Source: Octopus sinensis (lineage: Eukaryota). From it: DNA of 28,922 nt. Below the pieces are notes generated by a model, which was given only the letters and a program-made list of their open reading frames with translations, was not told where the DNA came from and did no database searches. Location of the stretch: positions 1-28,922 of the forward strand of contig NW_021833475.1 of the NCBI RefSeq assembly GCF_006345805.1, read 5' to 3'. Below, in pieces: positions 21,638-28,922 of this stretch (position 1 is its first letter; the number at the start of each line of letters is the position of its first letter). Made by a program: the position numbers and the translations under genes.

Positions 21638-21754
21638 AATAACGCATATTACTCTACCTCTGGCATTCGAGTACTATTTTTTCCATCTTGTTCGCATTCA
21701 TGTGCTTACTCTGGTACATATATAAAGCAAATAAGTAACCAGGATGTCCTGGTA

Positions 21755-21801
<47 letters not shown>

Positions 21802-22159
21802 ATATATATATATAATAAATTTATGGTGATTTTAGAAAAAACTTCCCAGCTTCTCATATGTACAATAAAATCTCCGGTAAGACAATCAGAATCTTGTATC
21901 CCACCCTTCCTAATATAGATACTATTATTATCCAGTTTAATAGAAGAAATATAATATCCCCAGGGATTGGTAATAATAATATTGTGAATAGTGCTTTAAA
22001 CCCTTGTAATTATGATAATAATAGTGGGCATGTAGGAATCGAGGTCAATAAAACAATATAAACAATGATACCGCTAGATATAACTCAGGCATTACCAATG
22101 CAGCACATGATACTATAATGAACTTAAGTGGTACTATACATGATAGAAATAATTCTTCT

Positions 22160-22312
<153 letters not shown>

Positions 22313-22489
22313 TCCCCAGCTGCAAGTTTAGGGTAAGATCCCAGTCCCTGTTATTAGATCGTTGTTTAGCCCAAAATGTTGTTTACAAATGTAGAGTGAT
22401 GACTGAAACTAGTAACGTTATTTACATCCGGTGCTCAATTGATATGAAGTAACGCCTTAATAACCTTCTTTCATGTTTGAGGAGCGTAG

Positions 22490-23322
22490 ACTCAAACCCA
22501 CCTGAAGACTCGTTGTTCTCCCAAAAAGAAGAAACGTAGTCAAAACTCCAGTGGGGCAGATTTAGCTACGAAACCTGCTCACGATAAAATCTGTTTGGAT
22601 TTTCCCTCACTTGTCCTTCCCATAAATGCCATTGCTCAACCAATTCTGAACGATCTTGATGTGAGTTCATCTGGGGAGTGGTACTCCCCTAAACCGAAGA
22701 AGAGACAGTGCAGTTCCAAACTAGGCAGGAAAGTTATGACCACTAAACCCATTCCGATCGACCCCAAAGTCCGATATAAGTCTGATGGCTATGAAACCAC
22801 CCTTTCGAAATCATCCAACGAAGAATCGAATGCCGCAGCTCATAGTAGAGAACAGAAAGACCATTTTGCCCACTCAAGATCAGCAATCATTTATGGTAAA
22901 GCTGAATCCACCTGTGATACAGGTATAAACCGCCTAAAAGAAGACATAAATTTTGTTTCCGTTTTAGTTGGAGAATTGTTCTCTGTCAACGAAAATGTCA
23001 GTATCCATAAGGTCGCTCGACTAGGAAGATTCCAAGCAAACTCAACCTCAGACACTAGACCACGCCCAATAAGAGTAATCTTTTCTTCCGATCAGGAGGC
23101 TTCAACCTTTCTGAACAGAGCTCAGACACATGCCTGAGAGGACCCCAATATGGGTTTTCGCGAGGAATACTCACTGAGAGAGAGAATTTGCCGGAGAAAC
23201 CTAATATCCGAACTGAAGATGAGAAAATAGATGGGAGAGAAGGGTTTACGCATCCAAGATGGACAAATAATCAAGTCCTACCTCTGGTCGCATGCTGTAG
23301 TGCTGACAGGGAAAGTGAATTG
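22490..23322 (+). pseudogene. LINE ORF1 relic (frameshift near 23135, internal stop)
   Basis: IIYGKAES...V.RLGR...RPRPIRVIF, then in another frame FREEYSLRERICRRNLISELKMRK*MGEKGLRIQDGQIIK. These motifs are typical of CR1/L2-type ORF1 C-termini. The frame is open from 22490 and includes PKKKR. Confidence 0.7.
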
Positions 23323-23409
23323 AGGGCGAATCGAAGTAATGTAGATACCCCCGTCAACGATGCTATCTCTGATACCCCTTATTCTGCTTGTTCCCCAATT
23401 CCCGCCCCT

Positions 23410-24870
23410 CAAACTTCACAGCTCAGCATCGTCTATACCAACTCGTGCTCCTTATTTCCAAAGTTCAGCGAACTATTTACACTGGCCATGCGCGATTCCC
23501 CTGATGTGATAGCTATCACCGAGACTTGGCTGAGTCCAGCAGTAAAGGACTCAGAAATCCACCTACAGGGCTACGCCCTCTTTAGATGTGACAGAGAGAA
23601 AAGGCGAGGTGGAGGTGTTGCTGTGTATGTTAAATCTGATCTCAAACCGTCCAGCGGTACTCTACCCACTGATGCTCAACCTACAACAAAATTCGATGCC
23701 TGTCCGGGTTTTGCCTGCCCGTGTTAGCTGTCTACAGGCCGCCTCTTGCCGACCCCCAGGACGATGCTCAGTTACTCGAAACGATAAGATTCATTTCAGC
23801 TTCTCATGACTGTTTGATATTAGGAGACTTCAACGCTCCCACGATCGATTGGCCCGCATCAATTTGTACATCATCTTCCCGGTTCGGCCAGGCCCTTCTT
23901 GACGTGGCTGAAGATTGTTTTCTATCGCAACGTGTCGAATATCCGACAAGGCATCGGTCTGGGCAGCAGCCATCTATGCTGGATCTGGTATTCTCCCGCT
24001 ATCCAAGATCAGTGTCAGACGTATCTGTGTGCACCCCTCTTGCCAAGAGTGATCATGCGGTCCTGAAGTTCGTCATGCACACAACTTTTTCTACGCCCAC
24101 GACTACTTCACTGCTACGTAGAGTCTTCTCTGCAATTAATCTTGAAATTCTAACCGAGGCTTCCGCGCTTCTGGACTGGCGATCCCTGATGACGTTGTCC
24201 TCAGTTGACGAACTATGGTCGTCCCTCAAAGCATATGTAATCTGGTTGACTGACCAAGCAGTTCCCGTTGGGCTTCCCAAGAAGAAGAAACACAAGCCCT
24301 GGGTGACGATGAAGGTTAAACGAGAACTTCGACTCAGAGATATTGCTTGGGCTGAATTCAAAAATCTGGATTCGACTGCAGCTTTTGAGGTGTACAAAAC
24401 TCAACGAGACCGAGCCCTGAAAATTGAAAAGGAAGAACGCTTCAGATATGAATACAGAATCGCGGCAAACGCCAGTAGCAATCCAAAAACCTTCTTTGCC
24501 CATGTTCAACGGAATTCCCGCTTGAACAACCAAATTACAACGTTGATAGACTCAACAGGGGTATCGATTGAGGACCCTTATCAACAGAGTCAATTATTTG
24601 CCGAGGCTTTTTCAACTATTTTCAAACAAGATGATGGTCGTGAACCCCCTCCATTTGATAGATCGGTACCTCCAATGCTTCGATTGGTCATCACGCGGGA
24701 CGAAGTCGAACGCGTTATTCAAGGCCTCGATGTCAACAAGGGTCACGGCCTTGACGGCATACACCCACGGGTTATCAAAGCGTTGGCTCCTGTCATCTAC
24801 GAGCCCTTAACACGTCTATTCAATATGTCATTGGCGACGGGTGTTATACCTGCGGACTAGAGAACAGCAA
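23410..24870 (+). pseudogene. LINE ORF2 relic: apurinic endonuclease, linker and first RT residues
   Basis: YTNSCSL, PDVIAITETWL, FRCDR...RGGGVAVYV, (frameshift near 23720) VYRPP, ILGDFN, PTR..LDLVF, SDH, KPW, NPKTFF, K..G.DGIHPRV.K, LFN.SL..G.IPAD*(TGG>TAG)RTA. Confidence 0.9.
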
Positions 24871-24901
24871 TATATATATTATATATATATATATATATAT
24901 G

Positions 24902-24945
<44 letters not shown>

Positions 24946-25005
24946 TTATATATATTATAATATATATATATATAATATATATAAAATAATATATATATTA
25001 TATAC
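24871..25005. repeat. Imperfect (TA)n tract
   Basis: Direct reading of the sequence. Confidence 0.9.
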
Positions 25006-25084
25006 ACGTTTATGAATTTGTGTTGCAAGATTCCCGATGTGAAACCGTTGTTGAAACAGATATTGTTGTATTTCGGGATTTTAT

Positions 25085-25407
25085 TCTTTCTTTTATTCTT
25101 TTACACGTTTCAGTCATTTGACTGCGGCCATGCCGGCGCACCGCCTTTAGTCGAGCAAATCGAACCCAGAGCCTATTCTTTGTAAGCTTAGTACTTATTC
25201 TATCGGTTTCTTTTGCCAAACCGCTAAGTTACGGAGAAGTAAACACACCAGCATCGAACTGCTAAGTTACGGGGACGTAGACACACCGATATCGGTTGTC
25301 AAGCGATGTTGGGCGACAAACACAAACACACAAACATATACACACACATACATATACACATATATACATATACGACGGGCTTCTTTCAGTTTTTGTCTAC
25401 CAAATCT
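25085..25407 (-). mobile_element. SINE family A, head truncated, with internal ~38-bp duplication
   Basis: The body matches other copies; the ccgctaagttacgg...cacacc..atcg segment occurs twice (25219-25295). Confidence 0.9.
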
Positions 25408-25639
25408 AAAACTACGAACAAACCAACAGGAGTTGCTAGAAAAAAAACAGTGAAAACATAAAAGTATACACGAGTAAAATTAACAGGGAAAACAGTGAAA
25501 AACATTAAATCATTCGCAAGCAAATTAAATATTTAAAAGCTACAAACAAACCAACAGGAGTTGCTAGAAATGACAATAAAATCATTGCTTAAAACAGACT
25601 TTTCTTAGTTAAAAAATTCAAGAACGAAAGTTTGCAATC

Positions 25640-26160
25640 CAATTTAAGAATTTTTAAAACAAGTGATCTTTCTCATATCTCCTTCTCCACATAAGTTCAC
25701 AAAGATTAAAATCAAATATGGAACAGTGTGTTTCACACCAGCGTTTTATTTCCACGATTTAAAGATGCCCAGGTACTTTCAATTTGTTGAGAGAGTCCAA
25801 TCTTTTATGAAAACAAACAATTATAGAACTCGTGGTGCGCAGCATCTTTGGTTATTATGAAACAGTTTTTCGCAATCAGTTATGAAACACGTGGTGCTTC
25901 TTTGCTTTGGTTACTATGGAAACAGAGTTCTGCGCCACAGTGATGTGTAAAATACTTGCTTCTGATTGGCTAAAATACCCAAAGTTTTCAAATTTTAAAG
26001 ACTAATAACTTTTTAATTATGGATTTATTGGAAAAATTAATTTTATTTTCATAATTAATATACAAAACTTAATCCATATACCAAATTTGAAAACAATCGG
26101 AACTTGTAGACAGTGACGAAAACCACAAATATCCATAACTAGTCATACATACATACATCC
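25640..26160 (-). mobile_element. Possible non-autonomous Helentron/DINE-like element
   Basis: The minus strand begins with (TATG)n, then ccgattgttttcaaatttgg (resembling the core motif of such elements), and has a diverged ~60-bp internal duplication at 25831-25930. Termini were not identified. Confidence 0.3.
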
Positions 26161-26248
26161 ATACTTACATAAGTACACACATATATACATACATTCACAC
26201 ACACACATGCATACACATACACACACTCACATATGTATGAATACATAT

Positions 26249-26287
<39 letters not shown>

Positions 26288-26347
<60 letters not shown>

Positions 26348-26359
26348 CAGACAGATAGG

Positions 26360-26423
<64 letters not shown>

Positions 26424-26428
26424 GATAG

Positions 26429-26472
<44 letters not shown>

Positions 26473-26491
26473 GATATAGAGAGATAGATAT

Positions 26492-26527
<36 letters not shown>

Positions 26528-26528
26528 T

Positions 26529-26595
<67 letters not shown>

Positions 26596-26616
26596 TAGAT
26601 AGATAGATAGATAGAT

Positions 26617-26702
<86 letters not shown>
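26288..26702. repeat. Long interrupted (GATA)n microsatellite
   Basis: Direct reading; it is the source of ORFs 26139-26744 and 26227-26739. Confidence 0.95.
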
Positions 26703-26799
26703 GGATATAGATATAGATATATACATATATAGGTGCCAACGCAAGAAAATTTCAGACCTTAAATCATTCTGTTACTTCTGCTAAATATTAATAAAGACA

Positions 26800-26835
26800 T
26801 AGGCGTGGTAAGAAGCTTGCTTTCCAACCTCATGG
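26800..26835 (+). mobile_element. SINE family A head fragment
   Basis: taggcgtggtaagaagcttgctttccaacctcatgg. Confidence 0.6.
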
Positions 26836-27211
26836 CGACGTCATTGAATAACTAATTAATTTTATAAAAATAAAATATAAAAAATACCATATCAATTCCA
26901 TATTTTTGACAATTTGAAATTTACATGAAAAGTAAAAAAATATCAAAAAGCCTAACATAGAAAGCGAGTATATTTAACTACTAAAATTGATGACGTCACT
27001 GAATACATAAAGAACAAAAACTGTAGACAAAAACTGTACATTATGCTTAATAGATAACTAAAGAATAAAAACTACAGATAATAATTCTACGTCGCAATAA
27101 TTAATTACCTAAATAATATAATAAACCCTTCTACAGGAATTAACCTTATCTTGTAATAACTGAAGAATAACACACACACAAACACACACACATATGTGCA
27201 TACATATATAT

Positions 27212-27255
<44 letters not shown>

Positions 27256-27804
27256 TATGCATATGCATACATACATACATACATGCATACATAGCTGACT
27301 TAGGTCTTTTCTCCTTGTTGAGGCCTCACCACCTAATATATTATATATATATATACATACGTACATACAAGTATACATACATACATACATACATACATAC
27401 ATACATACATACATACATACACAGTATTTCCAAATATCTGAAAAATGTGAATGTATATCTGTTCTGAGTTGTAGACCACAGTTTCACCGAAATTTTATGT
27501 AAAAGCATTACCTTTAAGGCGAAATTCGCACGGATATATAATTTTTTCTCATACTGTTTATAAATGCAATTTCTTATATACTAACGTATGCATGTGTGCA
27601 TCCATTCCTAGTATTCAACCGTTATAATAGTCCAAATCATATTTTTAGCTAACTATATTCGACCGGTGCTTTCAGGCGATTACAGTCCCTGTCAGTACAT
27701 ATGTATACAAATATGTGCTTTTAGCTCTTATTTCTTGCAATGTAGGTGTTCGAATACCCTAGTCATATTTAGTGACAACTATAGTTTTCCTTTTTGGTAA
27801 ACAT

Positions 27805-27854
<50 letters not shown>

Positions 27855-28164
27855 GAAAGGGTTGAACAGGAAGAACACAACAAGGAGAAAAGTTAGACGA
27901 AACTAGACGAAAACTTAACGGACGGGAAATTTAGGCAAATCACGACACACGGAATATTCGCAGATGATTTTCCCTCGTCAATCAATGACCCAAAATACCA
28001 TCGTGGTTTCGTGCCAGTGATCACGTGATCGACAAGCCTATCGGATGTGGTTATACACTGCGCGTCACAACGCATTTTGCATCGTTTAAGCTTTCAGATA
28101 ATGCCACTCCATCGGCTAGGCGGATAACTAATCGGATAACTAATTCCTTCGCAAGATTACCCAT

Positions 28165-28308
28165 TTGCAGATTATTACTAATTTACAGATGAGAAACGTG
28201 AAAGGAAGTGCTTTGTTCGAGAACGCAATGCGCCACCCGATCCAGGAATCGAAATCACGATGTAGCGATCGTGAGTGTAACTCACTAAACACTAGACCAC
28301 GCGCCTAC
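28165..28308 (-). mobile_element. SINE family B head and central domain
   Basis: Minus strand reads ggcgcgtggtctagtgtttag (A-box), gatttcgattcc (B-box), then gttctcgaacaaagcacttcctttcacg. Confidence 0.75.
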
Positions 28309-28311
28309 AAA

Positions 28312-28320
<9 letters not shown>

Positions 28321-28372
<52 letters not shown>
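28321..28372. repeat. (CA)n microsatellite
   Basis: Direct reading of the sequence. Confidence 0.95.
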
Positions 28373-28374
<2 letters not shown>

Positions 28375-28803
28375 ATTCAATGCTGCACCTCGAACACACA
28401 TGCATACGAATACAATACTGTCGTAACCGATTGTGTACTTCAATAACCAACGTAAAGGTGACCAAAGTAACAATGCATGTAGGGGAGGTAAATCACTCGT
28501 ATCTCTTCGGGAAGCAATATTACAAATCCGTCTCAATTATGTGTGCTTGTTTGTATCTTCCGGGTTTCCGAATCAATGGCTCGGATTTCACCAAACGTCA
28601 AACAAATCAAACAGCCCAAATGTTGGTATGAGTACTGACATTGCAAACACATTGTGGGTCACTATTTTACAGAATGTAGAGAGTTCTGAGGTCCAAATTT
28701 TCTTTATTCGGCTTTAGTGACCTGTGTTTTGTTACAGGTGTTTATTATAAGATGTTTTCATCGACCCCTAGATACCTGTAACATTCCTCATTAGATATAG
28801 GCG

Positions 28804-28806
<3 letters not shown>

Positions 28807-28836
<30 letters not shown>

Positions 28837-28864
28837 TGTATGTATGTATGTATGTATGTATGTA
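28807..28864. repeat. (TATG)n microsatellite
   Basis: Direct reading of the sequence. Confidence 0.95.
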
Positions 28865-28891
28865 TTCATGAATGTATGTATGAATGAAGGT

Positions 28892-28922
28892 GGAGGCGCA
28901 ATGGCCCAGTGGTTAGGGCAGC
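28892..28922 (+). mobile_element. tRNA-like SINE head cut by the window edge
   Basis: ggaggcgcaatggcccagtggttagggcagc contains an A-box (tggcccagtgg). Confidence 0.6.

Larger units (their letters stand above)
22320..24870 (+). mobile_element. CR1-type LINE, 5' portion (ORF1 plus APE), truncated at the start of the RT domain
   Basis: ORF1- and ORF2-like frames are listed separately below. The element ends abruptly in (TA)n after GVIPAD*RTA. Confidence 0.85.

Noticed and set aside
22502-22531. CTGAAGA...GAAACGTAGTC, a canonical-looking hammerhead core
   Set aside because: No stem I complementarity, and the motif lies within the open LINE ORF1 frame (HLKTRCSPKKKRSQ), so it is probably coincidental.
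26139-26744. Long minus-strand IYLS-repeat ORFs, and the many YVCM/THTH/YIYI ORFs elsewhere
   Set aside because: Stop-free translations of microsatellites.
27306-27892. 15-bp inverted repeat (cttttctccttgttg at 27306-27320, caacaaggagaaaag at 27878-27892) as MITE termini
   Set aside because: No target-site duplication and the interior is mostly microsatellite; chance or unrelated fragments cannot be excluded.
28019-28144. E-box palindrome gatcacgtgatc (28019-28030) and a 12-bp tandem duplication (28121-28144) as a promoter
   Set aside because: Short motifs with no linked gene start, next to a SINE; insufficient support.

Overview
AT-rich, microsatellite-saturated eukaryotic non-coding DNA (intron or intergenic). 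I recognise the tRNA-headed SINE families from memory as Octopus (coleoid cephalopod) repeats; this attribution was not database-checked. No intact host gene is supported, and most ORFs in the supplied track are translations of simple repeats. The window is a mosaic of about 14 SINE copies or fragments, three Penelope-like (PLE) relics, an R4/Dong-like endonuclease 3' end inside (TATG)n, a 3'-truncated CR1-type LINE, degenerate L1/Tx1-like and RTE-like relics, and a non-autonomous Helitron with structured cargo. The main unexplained signal is about seven hammerhead-ribozyme-like motifs from several PLE-derived families. One (11206-11244) keeps all helices with a U3-A8 covariant core and could be active; two pairs sit head-to-head as long palindromes. 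A 35-bp tandem array built from the 3' end of tRNA-Asp lies between two PLE relics.
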